A DNA stretch of 52,462 nt from an uncultured Erysipelotrichales bacterium (GTDB lineage Bacteria; Bacillota_I; Bacilli_A; Erysipelotrichales; Coprobacillaceae), in contig CAZQRT010000002.1 in NCBI GenBank assembly GCA_964596105.1, positions 1 through 52,462 of the forward strand, in the 5' to 3' direction. Every line of letters begins with the position of its first letter. The first letter of the stretch is position 1. The notes below the pieces were generated by a model, which did no database searches, was not told where the DNA came from, and worked only from the letters and a program-made list of their open reading frames with translations. A program made the position numbers and the translations under genes. Below are positions 39,982 to 47,435 of the stretch, one piece after another.

Positions 39982-41362
39982 AGTGATGACTAGCCAGCAC
40001 ACACAGCGTCATCTCTCCGATGAGCATGTATTCTTTCAGGCTGGAAATGCGTTTGATTTCCGGCTGGTATTCTTTCGGGATCATTTTGGAGACGCCCTCT
40101 AAAATGGCCTTCTCATCAACCTGGTTCGGGGTGGAGTAGAGGACTGCCTCGGGACCCAGTAAGGAGATGATGGAAGTGATGACTTTGGTGAGGACATCGG
40201 TGGTGCCTTCGGCGCTGCCGGTCATGGTTAAATAGTCTTCTTTAAGATTGAGCGGCATGTACTGGACTTCCCCGGCGACATTGTGATAGCCGCGGATCAG
40301 CTGGCCGTTAAAGATGCTGCCCACTCCCGCGTAGCTGGATTTGGGCTGGAAGATGAAAGACAAAGACTCATATTTTCCCTGCGACACATAGATGCCGACC
40401 GCGATCGAGTTGACGTCATTATCGAGATAGAACGTTTTATTGTATTTTCTTTTCAGCATGCCCAAAGCGTCAAAGTTGTACATATTGGCCATGGACAAGT
40501 AAACCTTGCCGTCGTTGATGATGCCCGGCATCGATATCCCGATGAGTTCGATATCGGGATGAGAGACGAAGACGACATCGAGAATATCGCAGATGTCCTC
40601 AAAGTCAATCCGCGTTTTCACAACTTCCTGGTCCATTAAGATCGCGTTATCCTGGTCGTAAAGACGGTAGTCGATGATATAGCGGGTATGCATGTTGATG
40701 ACGGACAGGACGAGAATCTTCTCATGATGCGAGAGCTTTCTTTTTAAAGACAGCGGGGTGGAATCTTTGTGGTGCTGATCATTCAGATCGCGGATAAATC
40801 TTAACAGCTCGACACAGTCGTAGCGGGCGAAAACAGCTGAAGGAATGACCGCGATCTCCACATCCGGATATTTTTTCTCGAGCTCAGCCCGAAGATAAGC
40901 CACCTGCGGGGCCAGAAGGACAATGGTCATGCCTTTAATGCGGCTGTCGATATGACTGATCGAGGAGGCGCTAAAGTGGAAGGGCACATCAAACAACTCT
41001 ACTGTCTCATTTAAAGAAACGGCGAAGTTGCTGGTGGTATAGCCGCCCGAGCAGCATAACAGCACCTGGGTGATATTTTTCTTGTTTGTTAAACATTCGA
41101 CCATTTCCTGATACAGGGCCACGGCATGATTCAGGGTGCGCATTTGAAAATGCAGATAAAAATCGTTACTGCCGGTGGTTTTATCGGTAATGATTAATTC
41201 GATGATGTGGTTCGGGTTAAATGTGATGCGCCCCACGCTGGAAGGCGTCTCAAGGACAATATCTTCGTCATCTTCGGAAACTGTGACTAGACTGTCATAA
41301 GGCTGATTTAAAATCCACTGATGGAAAACAGACATGTAAATATCCTGCAGAAATTCATCCAT
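39980..41362 (-). CDS. three-domain fusion: unknown N-terminal domain + PTS EIIB (lactose/cellobiose type) + ROK-like sugar-kinase-fold domain (degenerate)
   Basis: Residues ~97-190 (VLLCCSGGYTTS ... IVLLAPQVAY ... IAVIPSAVF) parallel cellobiose-type EIIB and retain the phospho-Cys. Residues ~215-460 carry ROK blocks (IGISMPGII.DG, YLDNDVNSIAVG, AGVGSIFNGQLIRGYHNVAGEV). The N-terminal DxGGT loop is replaced by SVINMHTR and the CxCGxxGC zinc motif is absent. Confidence 0.7.
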   Translation of the reverse strand: MDEFLQDIYMSVFHQWILNQPYDSLVTVSEDDEDIVLETPSSVGRITFNPNHIIELIITDKTTGSNDFYLHFQMRTLNHAVALYQEMVECLTNKKNITQVLLCCSGGYTTSNFAVSLNETVELFDVPFHFSASSISHIDSRIKGMTIVLLAPQVAYLRAELEKKYPDVEIAVIPSAVFARYDCVELLRFIRDLNDQHHKDSTPLSLKRKLSHHEKILVLSVINMHTRYIIDYRLYDQDNAILMDQEVVKTRIDFEDICDILDVVFVSHPDIELIGISMPGIINDGKVYLSMANMYNFDALGMLKRKYNKTFYLDNDVNSIAVGIYVSQGKYESLSFIFQPKSSYAGVGSIFNGQLIRGYHNVAGEVQYMPLNLKEDYLTMTGSAEGTTDVLTKVITSIISLLGPEAVLYSTPNQVDEKAILEGVSKMIPKEYQPEIKRISSLKEYMLIGEMTLCVLASHH

Positions 41363-41378
41363 ATTCTCACCGCCTGTA

Positions 41379-41407
41379 ATTATAGTTTACAAAAAACAGG
41401 ATGATAA
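41379..41407 (-). promoter_or_regulatory. promoter of the EIIB-ROK gene (TTATCA-17-TATAAT)
   Basis: The minus strand reads TTATCATCCTGTTTTTTGTAAACTATAAT. Confidence 0.55.
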
Positions 41408-41425
41408 AACAAGATAATGAAACCG

Positions 41426-41444
41426 CTTTTCTAATCTAGAAAAG
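41426..41444. promoter_or_regulatory. perfect 8-3-8 inverted repeat CTTTTCTA-ATC-TAGAAAAG (candidate operator)
   Basis: It lies in the divergent intergenic region between the EIIB-ROK gene and mutT. No U-tract follows it on either strand. Confidence 0.4.
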
Positions 41445-41451
41445 TTTAACG

Positions 41452-41480
41452 GTGCAAAATCACCCGCGGCGTGTTATAAT
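41452..41480 (+). promoter_or_regulatory. mutT promoter (GTGCAA-17-TGtTATAAT)
   Basis: The extended -10 lies at 41472-80 and there is a weak -35. Confidence 0.5.
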
Positions 41481-41498
41481 CCCATGCGGTGAGGAAAA

Positions 41499-41900
41499 AT
41501 GAAAACCGTTCACGTCGCGGCCGCGATCATCAAAAAGGAAAACAGGATTCTCATCGCGAAAAGAAAACGCGGTGAATTCGCCGGATTATGGGAGTTTCCC
41601 GGGGGAAAACTGGAAGCCCAAGAAACCGCAGAGGAAGCCTTAAAAAGAGAAATACAGGAAGAGATGGAACTGTGTATCGAGGTTCAGGATTATCTGATGA
41701 CTGTGGAATATGACTATGAGACGTTTCATTTAAGCATGGACTGCTTTATGTGCGCGCTAAAAGACACAAAGTTTCATCTCCACGACCATACCGCGGTGCG
41801 CTGGCTTGATCTGGAAAATCAGGAAGAGATCGCCTGGGTGCCGGCCGATGTTCAGGTCTACGCGGCCGTGAAAAACAGATATTTAAAAAACGGACAGTAG
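41499..41900 (+). CDS. mutT: NUDIX hydrolase, MutT-type (d)NTP pyrophosphohydrolase
   Basis: The Nudix box is GGKLEAQETAEEALKREIQEEMEL and is preceded by LWEFPGG, as in 8-oxo-dGTPases. Confidence 0.8.
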   Translation: MKTVHVAAAIIKKENRILIAKRKRGEFAGLWEFPGGKLEAQETAEEALKREIQEEMELCIEVQDYLMTVEYDYETFHLSMDCFMCALKDTKFHLHDHTAVRWLDLENQEEIAWVPADVQVYAAVKNRYLKNGQ

Positions 41901-41916
41901 CTGTCCGCTTTTTTTA
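41885..41916. terminator. bidirectional rho-independent terminator
   Basis: The hairpin CGGACAG-TAG-CTGTCCG is flanked by A6 upstream and T7 downstream. It lies between the convergent mutT and helicase genes. Confidence 0.8.
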
Positions 41917-44751
41917 ACCATGAACGATGTAGTCATAAAGATCTTCCGCGACCGGGGTTTCCAGCTGATAGTGAATCTCAAAAGCCGGCTTGCCGGTTTG
42001 CGGCATGATGACCGGCTCCGGTTTTCCTATGGCCCGCATCTCGCCCAGGAAATAGAACTCCTTCGCCTCTTTGTCATCTTTGTTCTTGCGCACAAACAGG
42101 TAGATTTTGACATCCCGGTATTCCGGTTCGCTTTTATAGATGCGAATGGCATCCGCGCTGGTCACGGCGCGATTCGTTTTCGATAAAGCCACCAGCTCGC
42201 CGCGGTTCAAAAAACGGTCCTCGTAAGCGATGGCGTCACTTTCTTTATCGTAATTGATGAAGACCGGCAGCGTTTTCGTCTCGTCATTGTAAAGGTAGCC
42301 GCCGATGCTCTGGGCGTTGATGTTTTTCTTCCAGTTTAATAACAGACAGACATCCTCATATGTATATTTCTGACCTAAGACGAAGGCCGTGTCGCGGTAG
42401 TGATGCTGATACGATTTGTGAAAGTTAGCCATGGCATAGGAGATAAGTTCTGAAATCATCTCAGAAAACGAAGTCTCTTCAAGCATTTCCTCAAACTTTG
42501 GATGGATGAACCACTCATCATCTTTACTGACAAGAAAAACGCAATTCTGGTATTTGGGCTGATCCATGGTTTTCGCGAACTGATTGGTCAGATTGCCATA
42601 CACAGACTGCAGGACGGTGTCATTCACCTCATAGTCATGCAGCTGGGAAACTAACTGAGATTTGATATGGTCCTGTTTTTCTAAAAGCAGCTTTAACACA
42701 AGCCATTCGTGCGGGCGTTTGCCGGCGCTGAGCTTTTTTGACAGAAACCTGATGACCTCGGCTTTTTCCGGGGATAAACGAACATTATACTCCGGCTCTT
42801 TCGCGACTAAAAAATGATAGTAAGAGCCCCATTTCATGATGAATTTCGCGGCGTCGATTTCCCCGTAGCGGTCAAAATCAAGCAGAGACGGAATATGGCC
42901 CAGCTTAAACTTCAAATTCTGATAGGCGTCGTCAAGAAACTTGGCCTCCATGGTATTGGCCCTGTCAATCGCCTGGAAGATTCGCGCTTTGGAAATCTCA
43001 TCGAAATGGATACTGGAATAGCCGGGAATCATCTGCGCCTCCTCGCTGATGAAGCGCCGCATGTTGTCCTTGTTGTAGGAGCGGTCGCCCGACAGCGCGA
43101 CGGGAATGAGAAAGTTCTGGGTGTAATTGCCGATAAAATCCAGCACCATGACATAGTCTTTGCCGGGATACTTGCGCAGCCCCCGGCCCAGCTGCTGAAT
43201 AAAGATGATCGCGCTTTGCGTCGGCCGCAGCATGATCACCTGATTGATTTCCGGGATGTCAACACCCTCGTTGAAGATCTCCACGGTGATGATATAATCC
43301 AGGGGATCGGGATTGTCGTGATCCTTCGTCAGGCGGGCGATACAGGCTTCCCTTTGGGCCTGACTACTGGAACCGTCCAGAAACACAGTGCGCCAGCCTT
43401 TCTGATTGAAAAGCTTCGCCAGTTCTTTTCCCTCGTCTTTGCGGCTGACAAAAATCAGCCCTTTCACGCGCGGGCCGCTGTAACCGTAGTATTCCGCCTG
43501 CCGCATGATGTAGTCCGCCCGCTTTTCTCTGACTAAGGTCTGAAAAGCGGCAAAACCGGTCCTCTCATCATAAGTTTTCTCATCCAGGGTCAGATCGGTG
43601 ATGCCGTAGTAGTGGAACGGGCACAAGAGATCTTCCCGCAAAGCGGCCTGCAGGCGGATCTCGTAGACGATATTGTGATCAAACAGACTGAAAATATCGA
43701 AACCGTCGGTCCTTTCCGGACTGGCCGTCATGCCCAGCCAGAAATCCGGCTGGAAATAAGCCATGATATCGAGATAGCTGCCGGCCCCGGCGCGGTGGAC
43801 CTCATCGATGATGATCGTATCAAAATGATCCCTGGGAAAGTGCGCCCGGATGTCCGGACGGGCCATGCTCTGCACCGTGGCGAAGATAAAATCGGCGTCA
43901 TAGTCATGACGGGAGCCGGAAATTCTTCCGTAAGTTCTCGTGTTTAAAAAGATTTTCTGATAAGTTTCCATGGCCTGCCTGGCGATCTGCTCGCGGTGCA
44001 CGAGAAACAGCATTCGTTTAGGCATATACGTGCGCAAGGCGAACGCGCTGGCATAGGTTTTGCCGGTGCCGGTCGCCGAAATGAGCATCGCGCGATGCTC
44101 CCCGCGCCTTCTTAAAGCCTGAAAGCTGGCAATGAAATCGGTCTGCATTTTGTTTGGAGTGAGAACCGGACGGGCTCTCTGTTTCACCTGCCGGCCGTGA
44201 ATCAGGCTGACCGACTGATAGTAGAGGCGGGTGTAATCGTAGCGGACATCCTCATAGGAAACAGAATTCGGGGAATTCCACAACCGCTCGAACTCATCGT
44301 TGATCCGCTTCGCGAACGGATGCTCTTCGCCAAGGTTCATCCCGGCATTCCACTCCTGGTTGCTGCTTAACGCGCTGGCCGTCAGATTCGAACTGCCGAC
44401 GATGATATGAAAGGCGCCGGGGTAGCGGAAGATGTAGCCCTTGGTGTGAAATCCGTCATGAGGCGTGCTCTGATACATTTTCAAAGAGATGTTTTTCAGT
44501 CCCGCCAGTTTATCCAGGGCTCTGGGGTCACTGAAGGACAGGTAGTCGGTCGTCAGAATCCTTCCCGGGACGCCCTTTTCCTCCAGCTCCTTGAAGACGC
44601 CAAGCAGCGGGGCCAGGCCCGAGGCGCTGATAAAGGCGACCGTTATATCAAAGGCCTGGCAGGCGCTTAATTCTTTCATCAGGGCGCTTAAAACCTTGAT
44701 GCCGTGCCGGTACTCATTGACCAGTAAACGAAACCGGGCGGTCTCTTCCAT
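41914..44751 (-). CDS. PLD-family nuclease / SF2 (ResIII-DEAH) helicase / DUF3427-like C-terminal domain fusion protein
   Basis: ATG 44751 sits 8 nt after AGGAGG, and the track GTG at 44760 overlaps the SD. The N-terminal HxK motif is GFHTKGYIF...VGSSNLT. The helicase has Walker A SATGTGKTY, motif II IIIDEVH, motif III MTASP and motif VI QQLGRGLR. The C-terminal ~190 aa (GGY...LPVFINY...IYLFVRKNK...FYFLGE) resemble DUF3427 as I remember it. Confidence 0.8.
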   Translation of the reverse strand: MEETARFRLLVNEYRHGIKVLSALMKELSACQAFDITVAFISASGLAPLLGVFKELEEKGVPGRILTTDYLSFSDPRALDKLAGLKNISLKMYQSTPHDGFHTKGYIFRYPGAFHIIVGSSNLTASALSSNQEWNAGMNLGEEHPFAKRINDEFERLWNSPNSVSYEDVRYDYTRLYYQSVSLIHGRQVKQRARPVLTPNKMQTDFIASFQALRRRGEHRAMLISATGTGKTYASAFALRTYMPKRMLFLVHREQIARQAMETYQKIFLNTRTYGRISGSRHDYDADFIFATVQSMARPDIRAHFPRDHFDTIIIDEVHRAGAGSYLDIMAYFQPDFWLGMTASPERTDGFDIFSLFDHNIVYEIRLQAALREDLLCPFHYYGITDLTLDEKTYDERTGFAAFQTLVREKRADYIMRQAEYYGYSGPRVKGLIFVSRKDEGKELAKLFNQKGWRTVFLDGSSSQAQREACIARLTKDHDNPDPLDYIITVEIFNEGVDIPEINQVIMLRPTQSAIIFIQQLGRGLRKYPGKDYVMVLDFIGNYTQNFLIPVALSGDRSYNKDNMRRFISEEAQMIPGYSSIHFDEISKARIFQAIDRANTMEAKFLDDAYQNLKFKLGHIPSLLDFDRYGEIDAAKFIMKWGSYYHFLVAKEPEYNVRLSPEKAEVIRFLSKKLSAGKRPHEWLVLKLLLEKQDHIKSQLVSQLHDYEVNDTVLQSVYGNLTNQFAKTMDQPKYQNCVFLVSKDDEWFIHPKFEEMLEETSFSEMISELISYAMANFHKSYQHHYRDTAFVLGQKYTYEDVCLLLNWKKNINAQSIGGYLYNDETKTLPVFINYDKESDAIAYEDRFLNRGELVALSKTNRAVTSADAIRIYKSEPEYRDVKIYLFVRKNKDDKEAKEFYFLGEMRAIGKPEPVIMPQTGKPAFEIHYQLETPVAEDLYDYIVHG

Positions 44752-44771
44752 GGCGCTCACCTCCTGGTTTT

Positions 44772-44800
44772 ATTTTACCCGCTGCGCTAGCAGCTGGCAA
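44772..44800 (-). promoter_or_regulatory. promoter of the PLD-helicase gene (TTGCCA-17-TAAAAT)
   Basis: The minus strand reads TTGCCAGCTGCTAGCGCAGCGGGTAAAAT. The spacer contains the palindrome GCTGC-TAGC-GCAGC. Confidence 0.65.
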
Positions 44801-44878
44801 AAGAAAAATGATTTTATGCTCATCAAAACCCTTTCTTTGCGCTGCCATTTCCTTTATAATATTTAAGCAGGGGGGGTG

Positions 44879-45175
44879 ATGACATTGACCATGGAGCAGC
44901 TGGACGACAAGCTCAAAGAGCAGCTGGATCTGATGCTCACCCTGAAAATGAGAGATTTCCGCGCCCACGATATGAAAAATATCACCCGGCAGAATGTCAT
45001 CGACTACCTGTTTCAAGTCAAGTGGAAAAGGCGGGACCGGATCATGACCTGCGATATTGTCAACGACGTCCTGGAAGTTTCCGCCAGTCAGATCTTTGAG
45101 CACATGCGCCGGCAGAGCATCAAGCAAGCCGCCTCGCTGGATCTGAATGATTTCAGCGATTTAATCAGCAAGTAA
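44879..45175 (+). CDS. small protein, possibly ComN-like post-transcriptional regulator
   Basis: The protein is ~98 aa and helical. Its position upstream of recJ resembles B. subtilis comN(yrzD). The sequence resemblance is judged from memory only. The start is GTG 44876, ATG 44879 or ATG 44891. Confidence 0.45.
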   Translation: MTLTMEQLDDKLKEQLDLMLTLKMRDFRAHDMKNITRQNVIDYLFQVKWKRRDRIMTCDIVNDVLEVSASQIFEHMRRQSIKQAASLDLNDFSDLISK

Positions 45176-45201
45176 GGCCGGTTTTCGGCCGTTTCTTTTT
45201 T
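45176..45201 (+). terminator. possible weak terminator/attenuator
   Basis: The hairpin GGCCG-GTTTT-CGGCC is followed by GTTTCTTTTTT. Confidence 0.45.
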
Positions 45202-45213
45202 GAGGAGGAAGAC

Positions 45214-46839
45214 ATGATCATCAAACCGGATAATTATCCTGCCATCATGCGCGAGTTTCATGTTCAGTCGCTGTTAGCCAAAGCCTTGTGCACGGGCGAT
45301 CCCCGGCGTCTTTTCGGTCAGGATCCGCATGATTTTTATCTTTTAAAAGACAGCCGCAAAGCTGTCACAAGAATCAGGCAGGCCATCGCCAGTCACGAAA
45401 AAACCGTGATCTACGGGGATTATGACTGTGACGGCATCATGGCGACCACCATTCTGATGCGGGCTTTAGGGCTTTTGGGACTGAACTGCGGCTACCATAT
45501 TCCCGACCGTTTCCAGGACGGTTACGGCCTGAACAAGGAAAGAGTCAGACAGATGATCAAAAAAGGCTACTCTTTGATCATCACGGTCGATAACGGGATC
45601 TCCGCTTATGAGGCCTGCGACCTGGCCATGGCTAACGGTATTGACGTCATCATTACCGATCACCACGCCCTGCCGGAAAAACTGCCGCCGGCTTACGCGA
45701 TTTTACACACCGGGCTTTCTGATGACTATCCCTTCAAGGAAATATCCGGCGGTCTTTTAGCGTGCAAGCTGGCCTGCGCCCTATTGGAAAAGCAGGATCC
45801 TTATCTGCAATGTCTGGCGGCCATCTCCACGGTTTCCGACATGATGCCGATGCTCGATGAGAACCGCACGCTGGTCAAAGCGGCCTTGCGGGATATGAAC
45901 AGCCGGCATTATCAGAGCATTGACATGCTTGTGCCGGAAGCGAAAGTGATCGGCGCGGACACCATCGGCTATCAGATCGCGCCGCGCGTCAATGCCGTCG
46001 GGCGCATGAACCTGGGGATGAGCGCCAATCAGTGCGTGCGCTACTTTATGAGCCCCGAGGCGAAAACCGCCCGGGACCGCGAGTTTAAGCTGGCTTATGT
46101 GAAAAAAAGCGAAGAAATCAATCAGAAGCGCCAGGAGCTGACCGCCCTGCAGGTGCAAAAGGCCAAATCCATCATGACGGATGTGAATGGCGCCCTCGTG
46201 GCCAAGGATGATGATTTTCATGAGGGGATTATCGGCCTGGTCGCCGGGCGTCTGACGAAGGAATATTATCAGCCGAGTTTTGTTTTATGCGCGAGTCAGG
46301 ACAATTATAAAGGCAGCGCCCGCGGCATTCCCGGCATCTCCATCTATCAGCTTTTAAAAGAATGCTCACCGTGTCTGGAGACATTCGGCGGCCATGAGTC
46401 AGCCGGCGGCTTCAGTTTAAAGAAGTCAAATTATGAGCCTTTTATCAATTATTTAAATATCGCGATGCGAAAATATCAGGGCAGCGACGTGTGGCAGGAG
46501 AACAAACCGGCGGTTTTGATCGCGGAAAATGACTGCACCATGGACAAGATCCGCGAGCTGGAGGTATTGAAGCCTTACGGTCAGAAAAATCCCGCGCCGC
46601 TGTTTTGTCTGCCGATAGAAAAATTTGAGAAAGTGGCCTGGCTGTCTGGCGGGCAGCATTTAAAAGCGACCTGCATGATTGGTCATCAGCCTTTGGATCT
46701 TCTCTGGTTTCATCATGAGTATGATCCTGATCTCGAAAAGAAACTGAAAAATAACGGATGTTACGCGATCGGGGAATTATCTTTAAATGAGTATCGCGGC
46801 CGCGTCGGGATGCAGATGATTTTAAAGGAAATTGATTGA
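45214..46839 (+). CDS. recJ: single-stranded-DNA-specific exonuclease RecJ (short form)
   Basis: ATG 45214 follows GAGGAGGA. DHH motifs are present (YGDYDCDGI, ITVDNGI, IITDHH), as is the DHHA1 motif GGHESAGG. The protein is 541 aa. Confidence 0.9.
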   Translation: MIIKPDNYPAIMREFHVQSLLAKALCTGDPRRLFGQDPHDFYLLKDSRKAVTRIRQAIASHEKTVIYGDYDCDGIMATTILMRALGLLGLNCGYHIPDRFQDGYGLNKERVRQMIKKGYSLIITVDNGISAYEACDLAMANGIDVIITDHHALPEKLPPAYAILHTGLSDDYPFKEISGGLLACKLACALLEKQDPYLQCLAAISTVSDMMPMLDENRTLVKAALRDMNSRHYQSIDMLVPEAKVIGADTIGYQIAPRVNAVGRMNLGMSANQCVRYFMSPEAKTARDREFKLAYVKKSEEINQKRQELTALQVQKAKSIMTDVNGALVAKDDDFHEGIIGLVAGRLTKEYYQPSFVLCASQDNYKGSARGIPGISIYQLLKECSPCLETFGGHESAGGFSLKKSNYEPFINYLNIAMRKYQGSDVWQENKPAVLIAENDCTMDKIRELEVLKPYGQKNPAPLFCLPIEKFEKVAWLSGGQHLKATCMIGHQPLDLLWFHHEYDPDLEKKLKNNGCYAIGELSLNEYRGRVGMQMILKEID

Positions 46840-46864
46840 ATATTTATGGCGACGTGACTATAAT
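46836..46864 (+). promoter_or_regulatory. apt-relA promoter (TTGAAT-17-TATAAT)
   Basis: The -35 at 46836-41 overlaps the recJ stop. The -10 lies at 46859-64. Confidence 0.65.
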
Positions 46865-46895
46865 TTAAATAACCATCATGAAAGGAGAACTTAGC

Positions 46896-47408
46896 ATGGA
46901 TTTTAAAGAATTTATCAAGGATATTCCTGATTTTCCTCAAAAAGGAATACTGTTTCGTGATATTACACCCCTGCTGCAGAACGGCCCGGTCTACCATGCC
47001 TGTGTTGATGAGCTTTGCGCTTTCGCGAAAGCGGTGAAGGCTGATGTCATCGTCGGTCCTGAGGCGCGCGGTTTTTTGTTCGGATGCACGGTCGCTTACG
47101 GCTTAAACATCGGCTTTGTCCCGATTCGTAAACCGGGTAAACTGCCGCGGGAAACGATCAGTGAATCGTATGATCTCGAATACGGCAGCAACGTGCTGCA
47201 CATTCATGCCGACGCTTTAAAGCCAGGGGACCGCGTCGTTTTAGTGGACGATCTACTGGCGACGGGCGGAACCGCGAAAGCCGCCCTGGATCTTGTGACC
47301 AAGGCCGGCGGAGTCGTGGCCGGCGCGGCTTTTGTCGTGGAGCTGTCTGATTTAAAGGGCCGCGAGCTTTTGAAAAACTACACGGTTAAAACATTAGTGA
47401 CTTATTAA
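46896..47408 (+). CDS. apt: adenine phosphoribosyltransferase
   Basis: ATG 46896 follows AAAGGAGAA. The translation has I.D.PDFPQKGILFRDITPLL and the PRPP motif VVLVDDLLATGGT. Confidence 0.95.
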   Translation: MDFKEFIKDIPDFPQKGILFRDITPLLQNGPVYHACVDELCAFAKAVKADVIVGPEARGFLFGCTVAYGLNIGFVPIRKPGKLPRETISESYDLEYGSNVLHIHADALKPGDRVVLVDDLLATGGTAKAALDLVTKAGGVVAGAAFVVELSDLKGRELLKNYTVKTLVTY

Positions 47409-47435
47409 GAAAAAAAGATACCGGAAGGGAGGTGA

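Noticed and set aside
39827-40102. A 91-aa plus-strand Phe/Leu/Ser-rich ORF (MYLSGFGRFFIFSSFLLLFF...) runs through the polypyrimidine tract.
   Set aside because: It is a translation artefact of the T/C tract. It starts inside the nitroreductase 3' end, runs through two terminators, and continues antisense into the EIIB-ROK gene.
42814-43536. A 240-aa plus-strand ORF lies inside the PLD-helicase gene.
   Set aside because: It lies antisense to the helicase motifs. It has no SD and no recognisable domains.
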